Origin: Catajapyx aquilonaris
Taxonomy: Eukaryota
NCBI GenBank assembly: GCA_000934665.2
Contig: JYFJ02000684.1
Span: forward strand, 1-64,000
Length of the DNA stretch: 64,000 bases
Direction of reading: 5' to 3'
The notes under the pieces were generated by a model. That model was not told the origin of the DNA and did not search any database. It saw only the letters and a list, made by a program, of their open reading frames with translations. Position numbers and translations under genes: made by a program. Below, in pieces: positions 1-12,000 of the stretch (the first letter of the stretch is position 1; each line of letters starts with the position of its first letter).

Positions 1-169
1 CCTAGTGCGGACTTAGTGCGATCCTGTTAAAGCGGTGCACTAAGGCAAAACTTAGTGAAGGGGACCCCCTTCTTTTGCGTCGAACTAACATCGAACTATA
101 GGCAGTGGCGGTAGTTTGAAAATAACTTGGCAGCTTTTTAAACTGCTGCTAAGCGATTTTTGGCTCTCA

Positions 170-210
170 ATCTTCATTTGTTTCCCCAGCCTGGGGAAAC
201 AAATGAAGAT
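170..210. repeat. Perfect 20-bp inverted repeat with 1-nt spacer, probably inside a decayed inverted-repeat element spanning about 1-600
   Basis: ATCTTCATTTGTTTCCCCAG-C-CTGGGGAAACAAATGAAGAT; 22-45 is also an imperfect reverse complement of ~484-507. Confidence 0.8.
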
Positions 211-2269
211 CGTCGCCCTGGGGATTAAATCAAGATGAAATGAATCACGAGTGTGGCGTCAACGTAGATCGTCGCCCGCCGACCCCAGCTCCGATTTTCT
301 TTTCGTAAATTCGTCATTACTAATTATTTAATCATCTAAAATGTGTTTACAGGTCTATAAAATGTATTAAAATCGAAAAGGCCATGCATCAATATTTAAA
401 AGCCCATTTATCGCCCAGACGGTGTCCGAAAACCTGACTGTGAAATCGTGGCAACACCGCGTCTCGCTAGTGCAGTGTTCGAACCTAGTGCACCCCTCTA
501 AGCAGGCAGTGAGGCGACTCTGAATGGGAGCAACTAGTGTGGCGCTAATGCGGACCTTGAGTCGCACTAGTTAGTGTGGACTTTTGCGCTGCATTAGTGC
601 ATAGCCTACAGGTGATGACAATATTACGCAACGCGGGCGGATTCCGTCGAGCAATGATACGTACAGAATACATACACGACAGTCATGACCACTACAGTCG
701 TCAGGAGACTCTTAGGATGCGTAGTGTCTCTATATGGAACTACCATTTTTCTTGATGCATTTATAGTATTATCGCATGTTATCGCATATTATCGTTATTA
801 TCATTTCCCCAACTATTAGACAATTGGTTGAACCCCAAGGAAAATTATACGGCGACTCAACAATGAGCTTCGATGACAATATTAATAAAGGTACAAGGCA
901 TTCAGAAAAATTTTATCGTATATCATCGTGTCATTATCGTTATTACCCTTTTCCAACTTATGGTTGAATTTTCAGAAAAATCCGTAAAAATCATACATCT
1001 ACGCAACAATGGTCTTCGATCACAGTTCCTAAAGGTATACAAGGCATTCATGCGGGATGCAAAGCCTGGCTGATTCGATGTTGAACGGAACTCTATTCGT
1101 CCAACTTTATATTCCAACAATGCTAAAGGGCTACACACCCGGTACGTCAGATGGCCATCCCGACAACTTCCAGGACCTTACTGCACAAACTTTATCCATG
1201 GAAATGGACGGTAATTGACAGGTAATTGATTTTCAGGGCTCCAAGTTTTGACCAGATGTGACACAACTGCAGGTAATAATAATATTCATCTCATCGCTTG
1301 AGGGAAAGCAATATAGGTCTTGACAATGGTTGCATTTTACACATTTTCTTCCGATCGCCATAATATTGTTATCTCCTCTAATTGCAGAGGCAGTCTCTTC
1401 GCTCCAGGACCTTCGTATATATAGTAGGCCTAACTGACAAGTATTGTCATACTATATGTTGCCATATCAATAAGTGAGAGACACTGGAATATATACGATT
1501 ACGACACATTACAGCTGGACTATAGTTCTGCATTTAACATGTATAGGAAATAAGATAGAATGACAGCCAGATGACGGGCAAGAGAAGAACAATAGCACCA
1601 AGGCATTTCTTCAAACAGCCATAATAAGACCCACCAATTTGGCAAACCCCTGACCTGCTGATTCCAAGTCCCGCATCTGTCGCAAGGATTGATGAGAACG
1701 AAAGCAGGGGCGAACAAGATGGTACGAGTAACCAATATTCAGCAAAACAGCAGCCTTGCTTTGACTGCAACATCTGATAAAGGCCGAATGTGTCGCTAGC
1801 TTCGAAGCATTAATAGTTTATACGGACGGTATAGTATATGTATTTCCAAGAAAGGCGGATTCGTGCACAGAATGATGTAGACTCGTGTAGACTCAACAGT
1901 TCAATAACTAACTGCATAGCTTTCGACAAACTCTCATTATTTCTACTTGTATGCACAACCGTGTGGTGCATGTATATATCCTGCTACATCCTCACTAACA
2001 TTCACGTGACATGCACAATTAGCGTGCCTTATTCATAATACAACTTGTAGCACTATTATTCTCGCCTCAAGGATTTATGAGGGCTTTCACGCAACCTAGA
2101 GCCTACCCCAGAAAAACAACACCAGCCGACATTAGCAGCTGTCTAAAACAAGGCAGACCTTGCCAGAAAGAATACTAATATATACAGAAACAACCCATCT
2201 GACATTATTACCATGCGACGATACCTGCGATTACGACTATAATTTGGATTACCATAAGGAGAGCCTCAC

Positions 2270-2950
2270 CTTTGAAAGAATTCAATGAAGCGACTAACAG
2301 CATATCAGAAATAATGGACACCAGCAGATCACCACCATCTATAGCCTGCTCTCTCGCCGACTGACCAGCCGATTATTATTTATTGTTCCTTATTCCATTG
2401 CGTTCCAAGCACTCCCCAGTCCCCATGGTTACTCCATGAACACGACAGCAACAACAACAATAGGGTATAGGAAACAGCACAACAAGTTGACCTGTATTAT
2501 TTTTGTCTTCACTTTTTGAAGCGAGAACATTCAAGGGAAGCCAATTTGACAACAGTGCACTGGAATAATTGGCAAGTTAATCCAGCAAGAGTATTTGCTG
2601 TTATGTCTAAATGGCTCCCCGGAGGATGAAACAATCATCTTATTAAGTGAATCTCCCCTTCTCTCAAAAAATCTGCCTAGTTCGAATTCACCAGTTTTAG
2701 TTTCTGAAGAGGATATAGGACTGGTTCCCAAGTAGTATTTACCTTGAACGCAAGCAGAACTCGCGTCTCCGTACAGTATAATGCCATGGTATGACAAAGA
2801 ATAATATTTCTCTCCGTCAACAGCAGCCTGCTGCGCTTCGACACCTGACCCCTTCGAACGACAACACCCGACTGTTGACATTCTGTGGTTGACACCAACA
2901 CTGTCACCCTCGCGACGCGAATCTAAACAGTGTTGCCAAGGAAACTGTCG
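2270..2950 (-). other. Probable 5' non-coding exons (~2950-2743 and 2491-2270) of a gene running off the left edge
   Basis: Donor AAG|gtaaat at 2742, acceptor tacag at 2492-2494, donor AAG|gtgag at 2269; only short ORFs; TSS position is a guess. Confidence 0.35.
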
Positions 2951-4459
2951 CGAAAGCAATCCGAGTGCAGTGGAGTAATCACAGAAAAAAAAAGGAATGC
3001 ATTTTTCTGCCACATTGTGTCGTATGAACTGTAGAAAACTACCCGGCTCAATTTATTGACGAGTACGGGACTTTGTTAACGGGACAGGCTTGGGTCAAAG
3101 GTCAGCTGTTATTCAAGTTGTTACACATAACAATTAAAACACATAATAATTGTGGCAGACTCCAAGCGCTATTTAAAAAAAATATATATTCATAACAAGT
3201 GTTTTTGACGAATTTTCGAGGCAGAAACAATCAAAAGTAATCACATATTATTGGGTATGAACTTCTTACGTATTACGGGTAAGAGCACACCCCAAATCAA
3301 ATTCCGGTGCCCAATGATTATGTCTGCTGCAATTGGGCTAGTGCCACATGATCATAATCTGAGCTAAAATGATTGTGCAATATATTGGACGTCACCATTT
3401 GTTGCAGAGGCATGAACTTCATTGCATATTAAGGAACCATGTCAGTTATGTGCAAAAAAATTACCAGCAAGAACTTTTAACATATACAGATCCCCGACAT
3501 ATAGCTTTCTGTTATTGAACGTTGGTTGGTTAGGTGGTCTTTTACTGGAGCCTCCTATACAGCCTGGTGTTTATGGAAAAAAATATTTTCAATTTATGTA
3601 TTGTGGAATACAGCAACGGATTTGAAACCAGTAATTTTAATGAGGGATTCCTGCAATTAAAATTGAGCAGATGATCAATTTTTCGCACATTTTTACCTGG
3701 ACATATTCATAACCATGTCTGGTGCACTTTCATATGCATGAACTTACCAGCACTTGAGCTGTGACCAATAATAGGCTACACATTTTTTTAAAAATGCTAT
3801 GCAAAATGCTAGCATACAACTAGTCTGCACTTGAATAGCACAACGTAGGCATTACTTCATGTAGAAGCAGATGTATGGAATCAGCAACCAGGCAGAATAA
3901 TAACACAAGACAATCAAAGTTTCCTCTTAGGCCAAAAATCCACCAGACAAATCAAGCAGAAGGAGGAGCTCATTTGTCCAATGGCTTGACCTTTCCTTTA
4001 TTCAGGGTTACTATCTGTTCGGTACATGGCATGTTCCAACATCGCTAAGGGCTGGTTGTATGACTGCATATTAAAGAAGCAATATCAAATTTTATCAGAT
4101 TACCTACCATGAAAAATTGGCTGTGATAGGAAATTTTCACTAATTTGCTTCCATACAAGGCTCTAACCGCACAGAGGCAGTGTTGTTACATTGACACACA
4201 GGTTGTCCTAAAAGGCACTTTAATCAGTTATTTTCCCGGAATGCAAAACATGCTAAAGGAACTACTTCTCAGATTGGCATTTTTTCCTTGCTTCAGTTTT
4301 AGAGTAATGATTGTATGCCAAAAGCTAATGCTTCAGCACTTAACTTGTGACACAACTGTCTTGGCATGAAATTCTGGATTTTATGATAACTGGTTGAAAT
4401 GACTTTCACAACATCTAAAGTACTCGACAGAAAGTCTTCCTGATTCCTTCATCCAAGTC

Positions 4460-7400
4460 CTACCCGGGAAATTTGCCTCCTCCAACAGCTTCCATTAGAT
4501 CTATTAAAAGAGAAATAAAGTGGTGTAATTAACAATATCGGCTGTGGTCAAGAGCATTTGCTTACAATATTACTTTCTACATTAAAACCTGTCTGTATTG
4601 GAGTTGCCATTTCAAATAAAAATTAGATCATAATGAACATGTTTCATTACGATTACATAATTATGACAGAATGACATGAAACAGCCTCTGCCACTGTCAT
4701 ACAATGTAATGTTCTGTAATATGTAAGTTCCCACTATCCAGATCCTGCCGATGACAGGTTTCAATGCGTTGTCAGTTACGTGGCACATACTCGTGTAGGT
4801 ATATATTATACTTACAGCATTAATAAGAGTAAAAGCAAATTATCCCAGACATGTCTGACTTTGATCATTTTATTTTATGTAAGTTCAAAAATGGCATACC
4901 TTCTTCCTCATCATCTTCGTTATCAGACTCAAACGTGTCTTCCGGAATGCTGTACAGCCTGATCAGTGGCTGAAATTTGTTCAGAAATGTAACAATTTAT
5001 TAACATATAATACAGTTCACAGCAGTGTAATCAATAGTTCCAAAAATTGACTCAGGTATGCTGATCCCATGGCCCATTGTAAGACTTATAAAAGCCATAT
5101 AATTTTTGGCACTGAGACTAATACATTAATTACAGAAGAGGCAGTTAAGTTTTTTTTCCTCCTGTTACTTTACAACAAAATAGTAATGTAGGACATTAGA
5201 CCTATGGAAGTTCAACTTACAGAAGAGCAGTATAACTCATATGAGACTATAATGTCCCAGCTTGATGCAGAAATATATCCAGCAGGGCATTCCCTACACT
5301 TCTAATGAAAACACAATTAAAACTTAAATAATGCTAGATATCGTCAAAATTACACTATGAAGCCAAAAATTTCGTGCACAACACTTTGGTCTTACGATGG
5401 GCTAACATCACCATACCTGAAGTGACACTAGGAGTGACTATAGCCATCATGTATAATTAATTTCAAGTGAAAGGGCATAAAACTCAAACCTTGTTTGGAT
5501 CCTTCATGATGAGGTACTTCCCATCGGTCTGCTGCATGCACAAGTCCAAAATGCACCTGAGTATCCCCCAGGCATTGTCCATGTTGAGGTTAATCTGGGC
5601 TGCAAACTCTCCTGGACAAAACTGCTGCGTGCCCAGGATCACATGCTTTGTGGAATCACGCACATTTGCTCTTGACACATACCTGCGAATGCACAATCGA
5701 AATCACAGGAGACTTAGCCTGCCAACATTTTACCGCAGCATCTAGCTCATACGACCTGAGAAAATTCTCATAATTAGGGCAGGAAGCACCTAACAAGTCA
5801 GTGAAACTAACCAGGCCGAATTGCACTTTTTATTAATCACTGGTTAGTTTTTGTCAACAATATTAGCTAGATTAATTGGCTGGATATGTTACACACTGAC
5901 TGTGAGTTCAGTGCTCCCTGTCCGTAGTAGAGTAAACAAGAACAAGAGACTCTGAATGCAATACCCAAACTTTATCTGTTGAGATCCAGCAAGCAGTGCC
6001 TGCACAGTCCACATGGCCAGCTTGAATGTGTTGTTGCGGAGTTCCGTTGCTAGCACTGCTCCTCGCTGCTTGTCCAGCTTCTCACGCCAGTCCACTCCAG
6101 TGCTCTGATTGTTTGGGAGGCAATAATTACAAGTCATGAAACATTGAAAAAAAAAATGCATGTATCACTTCAGGTGTAAATGAAAAGCCACTCGTGAAAT
6201 AACTGTCAAAAAAAAAAACAATAGGGCTGACCTTTGATGAGTCCCACTCATTGAGAGCCTTAATGGTGATAAACTGCACGTCATTCTCCTTAAGGCCACC
6301 TGTCCCCTTGAGGACAGCATCATGCTCGCACCTGGCCACTAAGTTGATTCCATTTCCAAGATCCCAGCTGCGATACCGGTACGCAATAGATGCTAGCTCG
6401 GACTCAGTCAGATCATATGCAAATGGGTTTGGCTCTTCAAATGAGAAACGTTCCTCACCCTGTAAAAAAAAAGGTTTTTAAAGCCACACATATCCAGATA
6501 TCTACAGGGTGTGAAAATTTAATGCACTAAAACTTTGGGGAATGGTAAAGGGAGGGGCTCAGTTAATTCAGCGATAACAGCAAAATAAATTATTAATAGG
6601 ATTACCATCTTGAGAACTTGCTGAGAGAAGTTGTGATTGATGAAAGTAGCCTCAAGAGCCAAGTTTCTTGGAGCATTCGGGGAGTTTCCCTCTTCATAAG
6701 GAGGATCGTTTGCAGTCTCATTGACAGTCAGTAGATCTGGGAATAGATGGTATGGATATCATATAGTGCAGCAGAGATCATTTGGAGGGCTGGGAAATAT
6801 ACAACTATCGTCGTGTCAAGAATCAAACAAACAAACAAAAAACCAATCATAAGGAAAAATTATGACACTTGGGATAAACATAAATTCCTCACCAAACTCT
6901 GAGTTGTCCCGTTTGTCCAGGAACAACCTGTCACCAAGCTTTGTCACAACAATGTCCCAGGAGTAATTAGAGCGGGTGCAGCACATCAGGGTACACAGTA
7001 TTGTATCTGTAGTATACACAGTGCCCGTAGTTTTAGTCAGCTGAAAATATGGAAAAGTCAGAGCAATGCATGAGTAAAATAACGTTCAGGTCAAACATCT
7101 CTAAACCATGGTCCTGATAGTTGACATTCGGTTGACTGCGGCTCAAAAAGAGTTAAAACTTTAAAAAATACTATGGCAAACATAGGCGCAGAGAAAAGTA
7201 TCAATGACATAACCAAGCACTGCCAGCAGTCATGCAAGTATTTAAAAAGTAACATGCTAAATGTACGCCATGACAAAATATACCTTGCGAATGATGGGAT
7301 CATCAGTGGTGGTTACAGTGTGGAAGATGCGATCTACTCGCTGCAACGTCCTCTCATTCTTCACATTGATCCGATCATAAGACTTGTCATAATACTCCAG

Positions 7401-8500
7401 AGAGCCGCAGCACATGCTGTAAGTCAAGAATATTAATTAAAGAAAATTGTCTTGCGATTGGTAATAATGGCACTGCCACAATTAAACTAACATGTCCTTT
7501 CCAGGCCCAACAGAAGGAAGGGACAGCTTGGAGAGCCTCTGGAAGTCCATCTCCTCAATGACGATCCAATCAGACTGCACTTGAGCTGAGGCGTCCCTCT
7601 CCCTGCGCTGCGACTGCTGCTGGTGCATGTAACCTCTGTCGTACCTCCCACCACGAGCACCATGTTTGGGCCACTTGCTACGAGTCATCCTGGAAGAGCA
7701 AACATATTTTTTCAATGACAACCAAAATATTGGTTGCCACTTCCTGCGCTATACTTACACTCTCCCTCCTCTGGTTCCTCCCATTGTTTGGAAGTTCTGA
7801 CGTCCATGGAAAAACCTGCTTCCTCTAGCACCCCTGTTGCCCATGCGGAACCTCCCCCTTTGAAAAGAGCCACGGTGAATCCTGGAGGTGTCAATCAGTC
7901 GGAAAGAATCCGATTCCTCCTCGTGGAAGTATGCGTACGGGTTCTCTCCACTCAGCGGTATTACCATATTTTTGCCTGAAAACGCACAGGTTTTTAAGGA
8001 CATCCCAGGAGCATACAAATGCCAAGGTAACTCACCAACGTTGGTAAACCTTCGGTCTTGATAGGGCTGCATCCAATCAGCAACCTGTCAAGAATAATTG
8101 TGGACATTATCACCTGGACCATTAATTTTTTAATGTGGACATCTGCATAGGCACGGCAGCGCACCGCTCAAGTCCCCCAGTTCAAGGAATCTCCCGAACC
8201 AATATAAAAAGGAGAAACCATCTGTATTCAGAAACAATGATGGCCACATTCCCTTGCGGCTTCTTTTACACTTGTTTTTTGGGTGATACGCAAGATTTGA
8301 GCGGTGCATCACCTCGTAGTGTACATGCAGTGCATATATGCCACAGGACGTACCTTTCCCAAGCGTTCAGCCTTGGAGAAAGGCTGGTAGGGCATGGTGA
8401 CAACTTTGTGGGTCAGATCCTTTCCGAGATCCCTGCAGTCCATGAACGGACCCCATCCGGTCGGATTGTACTGGATGTCTGGAAGCTCAAAGTGGGCCAT
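4460..8500 (-). CDS. EIF3D: Eukaryotic translation initiation factor 3 subunit D (multi-exon)
   Basis: Exons encode [116 protein letters not shown] and an acidic tail; GT-AG junctions; inferred stop TAG at 4460-4462. Confidence 0.96.
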
Positions 8501-8659
8501 ATCCTCCACACCTTTCTGTCGCTGGAATTAAAACTTTGGCTTTAGCACAGTTCATGGGTGAATTAAAATGATGATAATAATTCCAATCGTTCCACTCTGA
8601 AGCAAATGTGCTCCTTTTTCCCCTGGCCCCAGAAGCCAAAAATGGACGCCAAACTTTAC

Positions 8660-8785
8660 CTCTCAGCGTGGATAAGTTCCCCCGGTGCAAGCTGACAGGT
8701 AGGGGCGGACACAAGGGCGGCCCTCGAGGCGAAAGAAGGGCAGCCACGCGAGATTCGAATGGCACCAAGATGGCGGCCAGGCGTC
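8660..8785 (-). promoter_or_regulatory. EIF3D GC-rich 5'UTR exon / promoter with YY1-type motif
   Basis: CAAGATGGCGGCC at 8767-8779; donor AG|gtaaa near 8659; acceptor at 8522-8524 just upstream of the ATG. Confidence 0.55.
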
Positions 8786-9095
8786 GGTTATTTAACAAGC
8801 AGCTATGGCTATAATCAGCTTACATAGCGGCTATAAGCTGCTTCCTGCAATGATGGGGTCGTGAAGCATAGCTGTTATTGCATGAAAGAAAGAGAGAGAG
8901 AGAGAAAATGGGATGGATTCGAAATAAAGATGATGTCTTCCTAAATTCAATGCATTTTTATTCCAACAGGTCCAAACCCAACGTATGAACTTACCGTACA
9001 TGACAGTAAGGATGAGTAAATACGAGAATGGAATGTGTGAAAGCGAACGGCGGAAAAATAACATGAACAAAGAACGGGAAAACATCTTCGGAATT

Positions 9096-12000
9096 TCACA
9101 AGTACGCTTCCTGGATGACGGAGCATCCCCTGTACAAGGAACGAAAGGAATATATTATAAGCCGACTGTTGCTGTAAAAGAACATACAACGAGTCGAGTC
9201 GGTAATGCTCACTTTGAATCCCTGGACACTTCGTAATACTTGTCCAGCGACTGTCCCTCGGAGAGGGCTTGGACAAATGCTTTATCGTGGGTGATGATTA
9301 TAAGCTGGAACGTCTTTCTCAGCCTGTGCCTCTGGACCAGTCTTCGCAATGCCTCTGCCAAGCTGGTCACATTTTGCTTGTCCAGGTTGGTAGTGGGTTC
9401 GTCCAAAGCAAGGATGCCGCACCTGGTGCTGAAGGCTTCAGCAAGGGCAATGCGAACAAGGAGGGAGGCAAGTACACGTTGGCCGGCTGAGCAACGGCCA
9501 CGCATGTCCATTTCAGTCTTATTCTTCACCATCACCAGACGGTAGCTGTATGCGCGACGTTTACCTGTGGCTGCTGGAAATTCATACAGAGAAGAGTCAT
9601 GACAAACTTGAAAGCAAAACATTTATTGCTGCACTCACTGGTCTTTGGAGCATCTTCATTCTCACAGGCAACCCTAATCATCTCAATGTCGTTCCCCCGG
9701 TAAACTAGGCACCAGAGTTCATGCAGCACTTCGTTGATGACAGCCATTTGCTGCTCATGGTACTTCAAGATGGAAGCCTCAAGTGCGTCACGGAAATTCT
9801 TCACATCAAATGCACCCATTTTCAGGGTCTGACAGGGAAAGGAAACCACATGAAACCCCACCAAAATAGATTCTTGCATCTAACGTTGGATTGGACATTG
9901 CAACCAATCTCCATTACCTGACAACGTGCTGCGCAATGAAAATGACAGCTACGCCTCTCACCTTGAGATAAACCATGGCCTTGTAATAGTTTCTTTCCGC
10001 ATTCTTCAAATTGTCCTGCTGGAGTACTCTCTCCACCTCTTTGACAGTCTTCTCAAGTTCTCCCTGACGACCTTTTGTTTCGTGCAGCTGAATCAGAAAC
10101 ATTACAACAATGATAGTAACAATCCTCTTACAGCGTAAGTGACAATCAGCCGTAAGCAATGCAACAGACCTGCTCCTTAATCTGGTTGATCTGCCTGACG
10201 ACGCTGCTCCTTTCTCGCAACAGTTCCTCTGGCTTCATCTCCCCAACCTTTTCCCGGATGTCTCTGATCTTGTCCTTGAGTTGCTGGATCTCTCTCCCCT
10301 TCTTGATCACAGCGAGAGAGTCCTCCAGCTCACGCTTGTGCAGCTGGGCCCCGCCTACTGCCTGCTTCAGCTTCCCAACCTCTTTCCGCCGCGCATCCAC
10401 CTCTCTTCCAACTTCGACCTTGTTCTGCTCCACCGTTGCAAGCTTCTCCCTCAATTCAATCAGCTTCTCGTCTCCACCTCTCTTCTTATAAGAGGACACC
10501 AAGTCCTGCAGTGCTTGGACTTCCTGCTTCTTCAACTGAAGATCTTTCATCTACCAGAAATGGACCAGCATTGTATAGGCACATCACAAAAGGCAACAAA
10601 GACACTCCAACCTTCTTCTGAACGTCTGCAATCCTCTTGTCTCCAGCCTCCTTTCCCTGCTCTTTCTCTTGTACAGCTCTGCCCAGGGCAACTCCCAAGG
10701 GGTGAAGAGCATCCCTGCACGACTCGGCTTCCTCCTGAAGGTTTGCGATCTGTCCCTGCAGCTCTTCCCTTTTCACTTCCAGCTGCTTTTTCTCCTGCAT
10801 CAGAGACTCTGCCCGTAACTTCTCCTGGGTCACGTCATTCACCTCAGACCGCAGCTTCTGGACCTTTTCTTGGTGCTCCGACAGCTGGGACTGGCGCCGC
10901 TCAATGGACTCACGCAAAGCTGACAACTGATTGGACACCTCTTCATGTTCCTTGCGAACCTGTTGCAGGCTGCGATTTGAATCTAGAATCAGACACATGT
11001 GGATTGCCGGTGAGTAAATTCTCATGGACCACCATCTGAAACGATAGATACTCTATAAATGTTAAAAACATGAGGCCACTCACTCCTGAGGGAAGGGGCA
11101 AGTCTGATCTCAAGGCTTTCGATCTTCTGCTTGAGCTTCCTGCTTTCCTGCTGTTGCTGCTCCAAGACACTCACTTCCCCTTGGATGCTCGAGGCCTCCT
11201 TCTGGCTACTGCTCTTGGCCTCAAACTTATCCTTCAAGTCATTCACTTCTACATTCTTCTCCCTCACCAAGGCTTCACTCGTTTTCAAGCTTTGCCTGGA
11301 AATCAAAGGGCAGAGTGACATGTCTACCGTGAGGGTTAGCAACAATCGCAACGCAATTCATAGGCAGGCATTAATCTACAATTATGCATCCATGGCAAAG
11401 AGTGAGGTCGACCCAAGGGTTTTTCAACATATTAAAATCTCTCCTTTGCTGACCTCATTTGCTGAAGTTCTTGAATTTCCAATTTGGCCATCCTCTCTGC
11501 CTCAGGTCGCATTTGCAGCAGCTTATCGTACCGCTTTTGCTGTTCTAACAGTCTCTTTTCACATTCCTCCAGTTTCTCAGGAACATCCCTCAATTTGCTT
11601 AACAACTGGAAGAAAACACAGGGCCGATTATCCTCTGTAACTAATTATTTGGTGCAACAGGCTAACACATACAATAAAATCACAAGTTCCACATACCTCA
11701 GCAACGAGGTCCTCAGCATCGTCCTTGACCTCAAAGTTCCTGTGACAAAGAGGGCAGCTTGGACAGGACTCCTTCAGCCTTTCTATGTACTTTTGATACA
11801 AAAATCTTGATGAGCTTAATATTCCTTTCTGGTCCTGGGAGCTTTCCATCTTCTTCGACAGTGATTCCAGCTCCTCCTCCAAACTCTCACTCCCACACAC
11901 TTCATACATATTGTCTCGCCAAACTGCAAATTATCACCATAATCAGTGGGGAAGCTAACACAACAAGTACGGTGTATTTAAGCTTTGGTCACCACCCAAG

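Noticed and set aside
11745..11765. Extra Cys before the RAD50 zinc hook (CPSCPLC)
   Set aside because: Extra Cys near the hook occurs in other RAD50s; the CXXC is intact
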